A stretch of 64,000 nucleotides of DNA from a bacterium (GTDB lineage: Bacteria; UBA8248), in the NCBI GenBank assembly GCA_963692865.2, contig OY843592.1:3520001-3584000 (forward strand), written 5' to 3'. The notes beneath the pieces are model-generated. The model did not search any database. It saw only the letters and a program-made list of their open reading frames with translations, and was not told where the DNA came from. Made by a program: the position numbers and the translations under genes. Positions 54,350-64,000 of this stretch are shown here, piece by piece (position 1 is the stretch's first letter; each line of letters begins with the position of its first letter).

Positions 54350-55534
54350 TTACGCGACGCGCTCCAGGACGACGGCCACCCCCTGGCCCCCGCCGATGCA
54401 GGCGCTCACGACGCCGAACTGCCCGCCTCGTTGTTCGAGCGCGCTCAGGCAGGTGGCGATAATCTTTCCTCCCGTCGCGCCCACCGGATGGCCGAGCGCG
54501 ATGGCGCCGCCGTGGACGTTCAGCTTCTTCCTGTCCCAATCGAGTTCGCGTTCACAGGCGATGACCTGGGCGGCGAACGCCTCGTTCACCTCGATCAGGT
54601 CCATATCATCGAGCGCGAGACCCGCGCGTTCGAGCGCCTTAGGCATAGCCGTTACGGGCCCCAGCCCCATGTAGCGGGGCTCCACGCCCGTCGAGGCGTA
54701 GCCGCGCAGGACGGCGATGGGCTTCGCGCCCAACTCGTCCGCCTTATCCCTGGACGCCAGCACGAGAGCGGAGGCCGCGTCCGCCTGGCAGCACGAATTG
54801 CCGGGAGTGACGGAGCCGTTCTTGTCGAAAACGGGCCTGAGCCTGCCGAGCTTTTCCATCGACATGCCGCTGCGCGGCGTCTCGTCCTTATCGAAGAGGG
54901 TTACCTCTCCCTTACGCCCCTTGAGTTCGATTGGCGCGATCTCCTCGTCGAACTTTCCGCCCTCGACGGCAGCGACGGCCTTCTCCTGGCTTTCGAGGGC
55001 GTACTCGTCCTGCTCCTCGCGGCTCAGGTTGTATTTCTCGACGAGATTCTCCGCCGTTACGCCCATAAGCTGTCCCGAGAGCGGATCCTCATAGCCGTCC
55101 TTGTAGATGAGGTCCAGAAACTGCGCGTGCCCGAATCGGTTCCCCCACCTCGCGCCCGGGTTCACGAACGGCACGTTGGAGGTGCTCTCCACGCCTCCGG
55201 CGAGGACGACATCCGCATCGCCCGCGCGAATCGCCTGCGCGGCCAGGGCGGCGGCCTTGATGCTGGAGCCGCAGCGCTTGTTGATGGTGTATGCGGGCGT
55301 CTCCTTGGGAAGCCCTGCGCCCACCGAGATAAGCCGCGCGGAATTGGGCCCCACTCCCGCCTGCCACCCGTGGCCGATGATGGTCTCGTCGAAATGTTCC
55401 GGCTCCACGCCCGATCTCTGGATAGCCTCGCGCGCGATTCGCACGCCCAACTCGGGCGCGGTCATGCCCCTGAGCGCGCCGCCGAAGGCTCCGCCCGGTG
55501 AGCGAACGCTGCTGAGAATGACGACTTCTTTCAT
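54350..55534 (-). CDS. Acetyl-CoA C-acyltransferase (thiolase)
   Basis: INKRCGSS, NEAFA, GHPVGATG, CIGGGQG. Confidence 0.95.
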   Translation of the reverse strand: MKEVVILSSVRSPGGAFGGALRGMTAPELGVRIAREAIQRSGVEPEHFDETIIGHGWQAGVGPNSARLISVGAGLPKETPAYTINKRCGSSIKAAALAAQAIRAGDADVVLAGGVESTSNVPFVNPGARWGNRFGHAQFLDLIYKDGYEDPLSGQLMGVTAENLVEKYNLSREEQDEYALESQEKAVAAVEGGKFDEEIAPIELKGRKGEVTLFDKDETPRSGMSMEKLGRLRPVFDKNGSVTPGNSCCQADAASALVLASRDKADELGAKPIAVLRGYASTGVEPRYMGLGPVTAMPKALERAGLALDDMDLIEVNEAFAAQVIACERELDWDRKKLNVHGGAIALGHPVGATGGKIIATCLSALEQRGGQFGVVSACIGGGQGVAVVLERVA

Positions 55535-55742
55535 ATAAGCCCTCAATTTTCAAAGAGATAAGAGTTCTCCGCCCCCGCGATACGCAAAACGAGGGTCGAA
55601 GAACCGAAACGTCTGAAATGGTATCTCCATGCGACAGGGATTCTTATGGCATACCTCGAACGCGATAGGCAAGGAATGACGCGCATCGAAACCGCACGGC
55701 GCATCGGGCGGCCCATGCGCGACCCATCCAGAAAGCAATGCG

Positions 55743-56708
55743 TTACCCCCGCAAATCCTCCAACAGTCTCAGGAAATCCGCCGGGGGTTCGGCCACCAAC
55801 TCCCGCTCATTCCCGTCGATGGGGTGGAGAAACTCCAGCCTGTGCGCGTGGAGGGCTTGTCTCTCGATGAGGCTCTTTTGACTCGATTCTCTTTTCTTGC
55901 GCGTCCCTTTCGGCAACCGACCCGGGCCGTAGACCGGATCGCCCAGGACGGGATGCCCGACGTGGTTCATGTGCACCCTGATCTGGTGCGTTCTGCCCGT
56001 CTCGAGCGTGACGGCCAGAAGCGACGCGTCTCCCAGCACCTCGCGGATTGCGTAGCGGGTCACCGCGCGGCGGCCGCCCGCGACGACCGCCATGGCCGTC
56101 CTGTGTGTGGGGTGGCGGCCGATGGGTGCGTCTATCGCGCCCTCTCCCTGCGGGGGGACGCCCCGCACGACCGCCAGATAGCGCCGGTGAATCCGGCGCG
56201 CCTTGAGATCGGCGGAGAGTCTCGCGTGGGCCGCGTCCGTTTTCGCCGCTATCAGCAGGCCGGAGGTGTCCTTGTCCAGCCGGTGGACGATGCCCGGCCT
56301 CTCCACCCCGCCGATGCCCGAAAGCTGCCCCCTGCAGTGATGCAGAAGAGCGGCGGCCAGGGTTCCCTTCCGCCGGCCCGCGCCGGGGTGGACCACCATG
56401 CCGGGCGGCTTGTTGATAACGAGCAGGTGCGCGTCCTCGTAGCGGACATCAAGCGCAATTTCTTCGGCCTCGATGTGGGAGGGCGCGGGAGGCGGCAGCG
56501 TCACCACGACGCGCGCGCCGCTCGGGAGGGCGTGCGCCGCCTTCCTCTCGATTCTCCCATCAACCGAGACCATGCCGTCCCGGATGAGCCCCTGCACGCG
56601 CGAGCGGGAGAGGTCTTCGAGGCTTTGGGCGAGAAACGCATCGACCCGCCTGGCGCCTTCATGGCAGGTCAGCGTAAAGGTCTTTTCACTCCCCTTCGCC
56701 ATACTCAT
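55743..56708 (-). CDS. rluD: RluA/RluD-family 23S rRNA pseudouridine synthase
   Basis: S4 domain, NKPPGMVVHP, HRLDKDTSG, TGRTHQIRVH. Confidence 0.92.
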   Translation of the reverse strand: MSMAKGSEKTFTLTCHEGARRVDAFLAQSLEDLSRSRVQGLIRDGMVSVDGRIERKAAHALPSGARVVVTLPPPAPSHIEAEEIALDVRYEDAHLLVINKPPGMVVHPGAGRRKGTLAAALLHHCRGQLSGIGGVERPGIVHRLDKDTSGLLIAAKTDAAHARLSADLKARRIHRRYLAVVRGVPPQGEGAIDAPIGRHPTHRTAMAVVAGGRRAVTRYAIREVLGDASLLAVTLETGRTHQIRVHMNHVGHPVLGDPVYGPGRLPKGTRKKRESSQKSLIERQALHAHRLEFLHPIDGNERELVAEPPADFLRLLEDLRG

Positions 56709-57247
56709 ACCTTGACGAGGGAGTCGATGACTCGGGTTCTCGCATATATCGTCCCCCGGACCTGATCGCCCGGCGCCAGCAGCTCGTGGTAGCCCTGCGC
56801 GGCCAGGAACCAGCCTTCCTTGATGATTTTCCCGCTCCCGAGCGTCAGCGGGCGCATGCCCACGCCGCGAACGATTCTGAGATGATACTTCTCTTCCAGG
56901 AAAGCCAGTTTGTTCCAGAAGATATAGGAAGCTTTGGACGCGACGCGGCCCTCGAATTCCACCGGTTCGTCCATCAGGTCTCTGAGCGCGCGCGTGATTC
57001 TCCAGAACGAATAGGCGAGAAAAACGCCCAGAACAGATGCGGCGGCGTAGAAGAGCGTCTCATCCCGGATCGGGCGCTGCGCAAACAGGTAACCCAGACC
57101 CGAAATACACACCAGAGAAACCACGCCCCAGAAAATGGAAGTGTTCCACAGATAATGGCGCGCATATCCGCGCGCCCTGGTCGCCGAGCCTATGGAGGGA
57201 TTGTTCCGACTCGCATGCGTCCCCGAGAAGGGAAACGGCCCCAGCAT
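56705..57247 (-). CDS. Hypothetical membrane protein (2 TM + small beta-rich domain)
   Basis: GGAGG RBS, two hydrophobic segments, stop overlapping rluD start (ATGA); fills the lspA-rluD gap. Confidence 0.65.
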   Translation of the reverse strand: MLGPFPFSGTHASRNNPSIGSATRARGYARHYLWNTSIFWGVVSLVCISGLGYLFAQRPIRDETLFYAAASVLGVFLAYSFWRITRALRDLMDEPVEFEGRVASKASYIFWNKLAFLEEKYHLRIVRGVGMRPLTLGSGKIIKEGWFLAAQGYHELLAPGDQVRGTIYARTRVIDSLVKV

Positions 57248-57297
57248 TTCCACCCCTCCGAAAGCGATTCCGCCGCATGTGAAACCGGCGATTGTCC

Positions 57298-57807
57298 TTA
57301 CCCGCCTTCCCGCGTCGATACGGTCTCGGCCGGATTCCGCAGGAGATCGAATATCATCAGGCCGACCCCGACCGTGATGCCTGAGTCCGCCAGGTTGAAC
57401 GCGGGCCAATGGTATTGTCCGTAATAGAACAGCAGGTAATCGATCACTTCTCCATAAGCGACCCTGTCGACGAGATTTCCCAGTCCGCCGCCGAAAACGA
57501 GAATCATGCCCGCTTTCGCCCAGAGGTTTCCCGGCGAATGCGTGCGGTAGAGATAGAGGACGAACGCCAGGGCCGCCAAGGTGGCGCAGATGAAGAAAAG
57601 ACGCCCCCACAGGGGAGGCAGGCCGTCGAGAATGCTGAACGCCCCGCCTGGATTTCTCAAATAAACGAGATGGAAAAAACCCGGAATCACGGCCATCGAG
57701 TCGCCCAAGGCGAAGGATTTATCGACGATTTGCTTGATCGCCTGATCGGCCAGGGCGAAGAGAGCAGCGATGAGAAAAAACGGTTTGAGCGCAGGCCTTC
57801 GGCTCAC
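57298..57807 (-). CDS. lspA: Lipoprotein signal peptidase II
   Basis: DQ..K, NPGGAFS, GNLVDR, VIDY, FNLAD; GTGA overlap with ileS. Confidence 0.96.
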   Translation of the reverse strand: MSRRPALKPFFLIAALFALADQAIKQIVDKSFALGDSMAVIPGFFHLVYLRNPGGAFSILDGLPPLWGRLFFICATLAALAFVLYLYRTHSPGNLWAKAGMILVFGGGLGNLVDRVAYGEVIDYLLFYYGQYHWPAFNLADSGITVGVGLMIFDLLRNPAETVSTREGG

Positions 57808-60659
57808 GAAAGCACCTTCGCGGCGATCTGGGCGCAGCGCGCGGAGAGGTCGGGGAAGCGGGGGTCCGAGCCCACGTCTTCGGAGATTTTCCAGGACATG
57901 GCGCACTTCGCTCCCCGCGCCTCGCTCACCTCGACGGCCAGACCCTCCACCTCCTCGCTGCGGTAGGCATCGCCCGAGGGCGCCTCGCCCGCGCCTGCGA
58001 GCGCGGCTCCAGAGACGATAAACACGTCTTCCATCTCGGGTTCGAGAACCGCCAGCTTCTCGCGCATATTATCTTCGGCGAAGAGCCTCACGCTGAAGTT
58101 GAGCGAGCTCCCCTTGCCCTTCTCCTGGCTCTGGCGGACGAGTTCGAGTGCCTTTAACACCTCGCCCCGCGCGCGCATGAGCGGCTCCCACCGCTCTTCC
58201 AGCGCCTCGTCGCGCCGCGCGGCGTCGGCCTCGGGCAGGGACGCCAGGTGGATGCTCTCGCCGTGTAGTTTCGGCGTCAGTTGATAGGCCTCTTCCGCCG
58301 TGAAGGGCAGGATGGGCGCCATCATCCTGAGCAGCGCGTCCAGAACGTCGTGCATGGTGCTGACGCCCGACACCCTGTCCACGTCGTCGGGCAGCGAGAT
58401 GTAGAGCCTGTCCTTGAGCACGTCGAGATAGAACGAGGACAAATCGACCGCGCAGAAATTGTTGAGCGCGTGGTATACGGCGTGGAATTCATAATCGGCG
58501 TAGGCCTGCCGCACGCGCTCGACGAGCCTGTCTAGGCGGCCGATGACGAGCCTGTCGATCTCCATGCGCTCGGACAGCGGAACGGCGTCCTGCCCGGGGT
58601 CGAAACTCTCATAGTCCCTCAGATTGCCCAGCAGGAAGCGGCACGTGTTTCTCATCCGGCGGTAGGCCTCCGCCATGCGGTCCAGAATCTGCGGGGAGAT
58701 GCGGATGTCTTCCCTGTAATTCTCCCCCGCCACCCAGAGCCTTAATATCTCAGCGCCGTATTTCTTGATGATCTCCTCGGGCGCAATCGTGTTCCCCAGG
58801 GATTTGCTCATCTTCTTGCCCCTACCGTCCACCACGTAGCCGTGGGTGAGCACTTCGCGGTAGGGCGCGGCGTCCCTCACGCCGACGGCGGCGAGCAGGG
58901 AGCTGTGGAACCAGCCCCGGTGCTGATCGCTGCCTTCGAGATACATGTCCGAAGGCCAGGTCAACTCCTCTCTTTTCTCCAGGACGGCCGCCTGGCTCAC
59001 GCCCGAGTCGAACCACACGTCTAAAATGTCGGTCTCTTTCCTGAAAGACGCGCCGCCGCATTTGGGGCAGGTGAAACCTGGCGGCAGAAGATCGGCGGGC
59101 TGTCTCTCGAACCAGACGTCCGCGCCGCCTTCTTCCATCAGATCGGCCACGCGGTGCGCCACCTCCGCGTCCACGACGACATGGGCGCACCCCTCGCAAT
59201 GGAAGGCCACGATGGGCACTCCCCAGGAGCGCTGACGCGAGATGCACCAATCCGGCCTGTTCTCGATCATCCCGTAGATGCGCTCCTCGCCCCAGGGCGG
59301 CACCCAGGCGACCTTTCGAATCTCCTCCAGCGAGCGCTTTCTCAGATCGCCGTGCTCCATCGAGATGAACCACTGCGGCGTAGCCCGGAAGATGGTCGGC
59401 CTGTGGCTGCGCCAGTCGTGCGGATAAGGGTGGGTGTAATCCTCGACCGCGAACAGACGGCCCGATTCGCGCAGGTGCGCGATGATGTTCGGGTCCGCAT
59501 CGAAGACGAACTGCCCGGCGAAATGCGCCACGTCGTCGGTGAATTTCCCGTCATCCGCTATGGGGCTGTAGACTTCGAGGCCGTATTTGAGGCCGGTCTC
59601 GTAATCCTCGCGCCCGTGGCCGGGGGCGGTGTGCACGACGCCCGTTCCCTGATCGAGGGTGACGTAATCGGCCTTCACGACGAGCGAATCGCGCTCCACC
59701 CAGGGATGCCGCGCGCGCAAGCCCTCGATTTCACCCCCCCGAAAGCCCGCCACCTTCTCGAAGGCGGCGCTCGCGCCTTCTTTTTCGGCCAGCGATTTTA
59801 ACTGAGGCAGGAAATGCTCGTGAAATATCAGCAACTCATCCCCATGACGGAATACGCCGTATTCAAGCGTTTCACTGAACGCCAGCGCCAGGTTGGCGGG
59901 CAGCGTCCAGGGCGTCGTCGTCCAGATGAGAACGCTCACCGGGCGGCCTCCCGCGGCCTCGCCCAAGCCGGGAATCTTCTCCGTCCAGCCGGGGAGTTGA
60001 TCGTCTGCGACGGGGAACTTCACGTAGATGCTCGGCGTGGTGACGTCCTCATACTCCACTTCGGCCTCGGCCAGCGCGGTCCTCAAACCCGGCGCCCAGT
60101 GCACGGGCTTCAGACCCAGATACACGCCGCCCCGTTCGATGAAGCGCGCCAGCTCGCGCACCGTGGCCGCTTCGTAGTCGTAGCTCATGGTGAGATATGG
60201 CCGCTCCCAGTCGCCGAAGACGCCCAGGCGCTTGAACTCATCCCTTTGGATGTCGATGTATTTCTCGGCGTATTCGCGGCACATCCTGCGCTTCTGCACC
60301 TCGTCGATTTCGAAGCGCTTGCGGCCGAGTTCCTTGTCCACCTGATGCTCGATGGGCAGCCCGTGGCAATCCCACCCCGGCACGTAGACGGCGTCGAAGC
60401 CGGCCATCTGCTTCGATTTCACCACCACGTCCTTCAGAATCTTGTTCAGCACCGTGCCCAGGTGGATATGCCCGTTCGCGTAGGGGGGGCCGTCGTGAAG
60501 GATGTATTTCACCCGGCCCTGCGACGCGTCCCTGATCTTCTCGTAAACCTCCTGCGCCTCCCAGGCTTCGAGCATCTGCGGCTCGCGCTGCGGCAGGTTC
60601 CCCTTCATGGGAAACGAGGTCTTGGGCAGGTTCAGGAGTTCCTTGTAGTTCGTCGTCAT
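57804..60659 (-). CDS. ileS: Isoleucine--tRNA ligase (type 1)
   Basis: [39 protein letters not shown]. Confidence 0.98.
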   Translation of the reverse strand: MTTNYKELLNLPKTSFPMKGNLPQREPQMLEAWEAQEVYEKIRDASQGRVKYILHDGPPYANGHIHLGTVLNKILKDVVVKSKQMAGFDAVYVPGWDCHGLPIEHQVDKELGRKRFEIDEVQKRRMCREYAEKYIDIQRDEFKRLGVFGDWERPYLTMSYDYEAATVRELARFIERGGVYLGLKPVHWAPGLRTALAEAEVEYEDVTTPSIYVKFPVADDQLPGWTEKIPGLGEAAGGRPVSVLIWTTTPWTLPANLALAFSETLEYGVFRHGDELLIFHEHFLPQLKSLAEKEGASAAFEKVAGFRGGEIEGLRARHPWVERDSLVVKADYVTLDQGTGVVHTAPGHGREDYETGLKYGLEVYSPIADDGKFTDDVAHFAGQFVFDADPNIIAHLRESGRLFAVEDYTHPYPHDWRSHRPTIFRATPQWFISMEHGDLRKRSLEEIRKVAWVPPWGEERIYGMIENRPDWCISRQRSWGVPIVAFHCEGCAHVVVDAEVAHRVADLMEEGGADVWFERQPADLLPPGFTCPKCGGASFRKETDILDVWFDSGVSQAAVLEKREELTWPSDMYLEGSDQHRGWFHSSLLAAVGVRDAAPYREVLTHGYVVDGRGKKMSKSLGNTIAPEEIIKKYGAEILRLWVAGENYREDIRISPQILDRMAEAYRRMRNTCRFLLGNLRDYESFDPGQDAVPLSERMEIDRLVIGRLDRLVERVRQAYADYEFHAVYHALNNFCAVDLSSFYLDVLKDRLYISLPDDVDRVSGVSTMHDVLDALLRMMAPILPFTAEEAYQLTPKLHGESIHLASLPEADAARRDEALEERWEPLMRARGEVLKALELVRQSQEKGKGSSLNFSVRLFAEDNMREKLAVLEPEMEDVFIVSGAALAGAGEAPSGDAYRSEEVEGLAVEVSEARGAKCAMSWKISEDVGSDPRFPDLSARCAQIAAKVLS

Positions 60660-60677
60660 TTTTCTCTCATTCAACCT

Positions 60678-61700
60678 CTACGCTTGATTCACCGCCGATA
60701 CGGGCGCGGCGGGTATGCCCGCCGCCTCCCTCACGAGACGCATCGTCTTTTGCGCCTCCGCCCTGGCCTTGGCGCCGCCTTCGGCCAGAACGCCTTCCAC
60801 GTAGCCGACATCCTGCTCCAGGCGTTTTCGCTCCTCCCGATACGGCGCGAAATACGCATCCATCTTCTCGAAGAGAATCTGCTTCGCGTTGCCGTAGCCG
60901 AAGCCGGGCGTCCGGTATTTGTCTCTTAAATCCTCCTGTTCCGCCTCGTTCGCAAAGAGTTGGTACAGGGCGAACACGTTGCAGGCGTCGGGGTCCTTGG
61001 GTTCTTCGAGCGGGGTGGAGTCGGTGACGATGGACATCACGCGCTTTCTCAAGCGTTTGCCCTCCTCGAATATCTCAATCGTGTTGCCGTAACTCTTGCT
61101 CATCTTCTGGCCGTCGAGGCCCGGCACCCTGGCCCCTGCGTCGAGCCTGACGGCGGGCAGGGGGAAGATTTCCCCATAGGCGCTGTTGAAGGCCAGCGCC
61201 ATGTCCCGCGTCATTTCGAGGTGCTGCACCTGGTCTTCTCCCACGGGCACGACCGTGGAGCGGTAGATGAGTATGTCGGCGGCCATGAGCATCGGGTAAT
61301 AGTAAAGCCCCATCGAGGGGGTGATGCCCCGCGCCACCTTGTCCTTGAACGACGTGGCGCGGTCCAGAAGCCCCTTTCCCGTGACGGCGGAGAGCATCCA
61401 GGCGAGTTCGTTCACCTCGGGCACGTCGGACTGGCGGAAGAAGACCGCCTTTTCGGGGTCCAGCCCCAATGCGAGATAGTCCATCGCCACGGCAAGCGTC
61501 TGCTCCGCCAGCAAATCCCTGTCCTGCACCGTCGTCATGGCGTGGTAGTTCGCGATGAAGTAGAAGGCCTCGGCCTCGTCCTGGAGCGCGATGTGCTGTT
61601 TGAGGGCGCCGAAATAGTTGCCCAGATGCAGTTTCCCCGAGGGCTGCACGCCGGAGAGAAACCGCGTCGGCCGGTTCTTCTCGTTTTGGCTGTCCGTCAT
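60678..61700 (-). CDS. trpS: Tryptophan--tRNA ligase
   Basis: SGVQPSG.LHLGNY, YPMLMAADIL, VPVGEDQ, KMSKS. Confidence 0.97.
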   Translation of the reverse strand: MTDSQNEKNRPTRFLSGVQPSGKLHLGNYFGALKQHIALQDEAEAFYFIANYHAMTTVQDRDLLAEQTLAVAMDYLALGLDPEKAVFFRQSDVPEVNELAWMLSAVTGKGLLDRATSFKDKVARGITPSMGLYYYPMLMAADILIYRSTVVPVGEDQVQHLEMTRDMALAFNSAYGEIFPLPAVRLDAGARVPGLDGQKMSKSYGNTIEIFEEGKRLRKRVMSIVTDSTPLEEPKDPDACNVFALYQLFANEAEQEDLRDKYRTPGFGYGNAKQILFEKMDAYFAPYREERKRLEQDVGYVEGVLAEGGAKARAEAQKTMRLVREAAGIPAAPVSAVNQA

Positions 61701-61737
61701 CCAAGTTTCCTTCATCCGCACGCAGGCAAGAAACCCG

Positions 61738-62409
61738 CTACGCCAAACCGAAGATTCTGAGAAGATTTAACACAAAAACCCCTTCGACCCTAACCAGAAC
61801 GACGAAAATCGGCATCATGATCTTGTGGAAAACGCCCAGCAGCAGCAAGCCCAGCACGATGAAGAACCCGAACGGCTCGCTGCGCGAGTATTGCCACGCC
61901 AGTCTTCTGGGCAAAAGCCCCATGACGACCCGCCCCCCGTCGAAGGGGAGGATGGGGATCAGGTTGAACGCAGCGAGCGCGGTGTTGATGGTGAAGCTCG
62001 CCTGCAGCATCAACGTGAGCGGCTCGCCCACGAAGGTGTAGCCCAGGCCCGAGCCGCGCAGCAGAGAAAACAGAAAACCGCTGATGATCGCCAGGATGAA
62101 GTTCGTCGCCGGTCCCGCGAGGGCCACCCACATCATCCCGCGCCTCGGGTGATGGAAATTGCGCGGGTCCACCGGCACGGGCTTCGCCCAGCCGAAACCC
62201 ACGCCCCCCACCATGGAGACGACGAAGGCGAGCGTCCCCAGCGGGTCGAGATGCACGATGGGGTTCAGGCTCAGGCGGCCCAGCATGCGCGCGGTGTTGT
62301 CGCCCAGCTTGTCGGCCATCCAGCCGTGCGCCACCTCGTGAAAGGTGAGCGCGAGCAGAATCGCCGGCACCGCGATCAGCAACTGCTGGATGAAATCCGA
62401 GGAGAACAA
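61738..62409 (-). CDS. Site-2 protease family (M50) membrane metalloprotease
   Basis: HEVAH, LAGP..N, FNLIPILPFDGGR. Confidence 0.93.
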   Translation of the reverse strand: MFSSDFIQQLLIAVPAILLALTFHEVAHGWMADKLGDNTARMLGRLSLNPIVHLDPLGTLAFVVSMVGGVGFGWAKPVPVDPRNFHHPRRGMMWVALAGPATNFILAIISGFLFSLLRGSGLGYTFVGEPLTLMLQASFTINTALAAFNLIPILPFDGGRVVMGLLPRRLAWQYSRSEPFGFFIVLGLLLLGVFHKIMMPIFVVLVRVEGVFVLNLLRIFGLA

Positions 62410-62568
62410 GGCAGTCCCTTACCCCGTCAAGAGAGGCGACAATGAACGGGCGACGTGAACCTTGAAACCTACAAAACCAGGCGCCTCACGCCGCGAACCC
62501 GCCGGATTCTAGGGGCTTAGGCGAAGAGGGTCAAACCCGCGGCGCGCCGTGAAACACACGTCCCGCGG

Positions 62569-63123
62569 CTATCTCGCCTCGCCGAACGAATCGTAGAAGA
62601 AAATCTCGGCGGGGTCCTTGCGCGCGGGCGGCTTGTTGTCCTTGGCCTGCACGTCGGGATGCAGGTCTTCGGTCTTGCCCGGATACCCCACGGCGAAGAG
62701 CGCCGCGACGCGGAACGGCTCGGGGATGCCGAAGCTCTCCAGCACCTTCGGCTCGTCCCACCCCGCCATGGCGTGGACGGTCAGCCCGAAATCGCTGCCC
62801 TGGAGCAGGAGATTCTCAAGCGCCATGCCGACGTCGAGCAGGTAGCGTTGCTGCCCGAAACGCTCGGGCTGCTCCTCGGGGTTACCGAGGATGATCATCT
62901 TGAGCGGGGCCGCGGCCGCCCACTGGCGGTTCCCCTCGTTCAGGCATTCGTTGAACTTCGCCTGCGCCTCTTCTGATTCCACGACGATGACGCGCCAGGG
63001 CTGGCGGTTGTTCGAGGACGGCGCCCAGCGGAACGCCTCCAGCATGGCTTCGAGCTTCTCTGCCTCGGGCGGCACGCCGTTGAAGGCGCGCAGGCTTCTT
63101 CTGTTCTTGATGAGCGGGTGCAT
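62569..63123 (-). CDS. Nitroreductase family protein
   Basis: RRSLRAF, WAPSSNNRQPW, DVGMA, AVGYP. Confidence 0.92.
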   Translation of the reverse strand: MHPLIKNRRSLRAFNGVPPEAEKLEAMLEAFRWAPSSNNRQPWRVIVVESEEAQAKFNECLNEGNRQWAAAAPLKMIILGNPEEQPERFGQQRYLLDVGMALENLLLQGSDFGLTVHAMAGWDEPKVLESFGIPEPFRVAALFAVGYPGKTEDLHPDVQAKDNKPPARKDPAEIFFYDSFGEAR

Positions 63124-63476
63124 CCGTTACTTCCCTCCCTGGGAAAAAGAATTATTGCGAGAACAACACAGCTATTTATACCGAACACGAATTGCAGACA
63201 ACTTCTTCATCAATCTCATCGACCATATATTTCAATTTCACTTTGCTAGACATCAATACGAATCGATGCCTATATTAAACGCAACATAGCCACCACGCCT
63301 CTCTCAATGATGCTCCTTGATGATGCGGACCTTGGTGGCTTTTTTTCTTGAGTGTTGGACGTGTTAATGCTTGCAACCTACTAAAAAGAGTTACTGTCAA
63401 ATCCGGTGTAAGGACTAAATTGAAAAAAGCGGCGTATTCTATAGTTTGGCAAAATGAATAGCTCATACTGACGAAT

Positions 63477-64000
63477 TCAACTTTGGCGCTCGGAAGCCAT
63501 AAGTTGAAATACCCCTTGAAGATTGCCGACATACGCTTTCAGCGTATCGTTCAGAAGTCTGAGTGGAGGCGGCAGAAACACGACCAGCCTCCATTCCCTT
63601 TCATAGGCGTAACACGCAGGCTTGGCGTAGTGTTTGCGATTCCAGTCTTCTAATGGACTCGGAACTGATTCGAGTTCTTCCTTTTTGTCATATTCAACCC
63701 GGCGCCAATCGATACTGGTCCCCTCCGGAAACCGGCACACAATGCGATTCCGCAATTCGTCCGGATGCATCACCTTCAAAACGATGGGGCCGAATTTTTC
63801 TTTTAAAGGCAACTCACTAAAACTCAGAATGAATGCCGGAAAAATAGGATTTTTGTCACCGACGTCATGATGCAGTATTTCGCCGACCCTGTAAGATCCT
63901 ATTCCTTCCATAGGATCGCGGCCCGATCCTTCTTTCTCCCGAAAATATTTTAACGACCGGAACCACAGAATTCCGTCAAGATGGTTTCTCATGGCTGCCT
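63477..64000 (-). CDS. Hypothetical protein, lower GC; frame is open to the window edge (first ATG in window at 63992)
   Basis: 171-aa ORF with LWFRSLKYFRE..RDPMEG, SFS and K...YAYEREWR motifs. Confidence 0.65.
   Translation of the reverse strand, partial: AAMRNHLDGILWFRSLKYFREKEGSGRDPMEGIGSYRVGEILHHDVGDKNPIFPAFILSFSELPLKEKFGPIVLKVMHPDELRNRIVCRFPEGTSIDWRRVEYDKKEELESVPSPLEDWNRKHYAKPACYAYEREWRLVVFLPPPLRLLNDTLKAYVGNLQGVFQLMASERQS

Noticed and set aside
63176-63253. 25-aa minus-strand ORF MSSKVKLKYMVDEIDEEVVCNSCSV with CxxC
   Set aside because: Too short, no clear RBS, plausible by chance in an AT-richer spacer

Overview
GC-rich (roughly two-thirds G+C by eye) bacterial core-genome segment in which every supported gene lies on the minus strand. 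It contains the dcw cluster (mraZ-rsmH-ftsL-ftsI-murE-murF-mraY-murD-ftsW-murG-murC-murB, truncated at the left edge), panB/panE/TauE-family/folP/folC/purH/ilvA, RNase P RNA, RNase HI, a C4 zinc-ribbon protein, a tRNA(CAT) that is probably Ile2, rpoD-dnaG-mutS2, rho-rpmE-prfA-prmC-murA-hisGDBHAF(IE), coaE, two DUF507-like genes, a WYL regulator, a PHP phosphoesterase, tRNA-Gly(CCC), lipoate ligase-gcvPHT, a thiolase/3-hydroxyacyl-CoA dehydrogenase/acyl-CoA dehydrogenase trio, rluD, lspA, ileS, trpS, a site-2 protease, a nitroreductase and the edge of a lower-GC region. The gene order resembles Deltaproteobacteria/Nitrospinota/Nitrospirota-type genomes (inference). The most unusual structure is non-coding. 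Four gaps of the his operon each hold a 200-400 bp cassette bounded by the same IS-like terminal inverted repeat (GGGG(T/C)TGTTGAAAAA...TTTTTCAACA(A/G)CCCC), yet each carries different palindromic REP-type cargo, and no transposase is present in the window. Other notable points are an L31 with a ~145-aa tail, a WYL protein with a degenerate ligand motif coupled to DUF507 genes, and a second, inverted pair of MraZ-type boxes. All calls come from reading motifs; no database searches were run.
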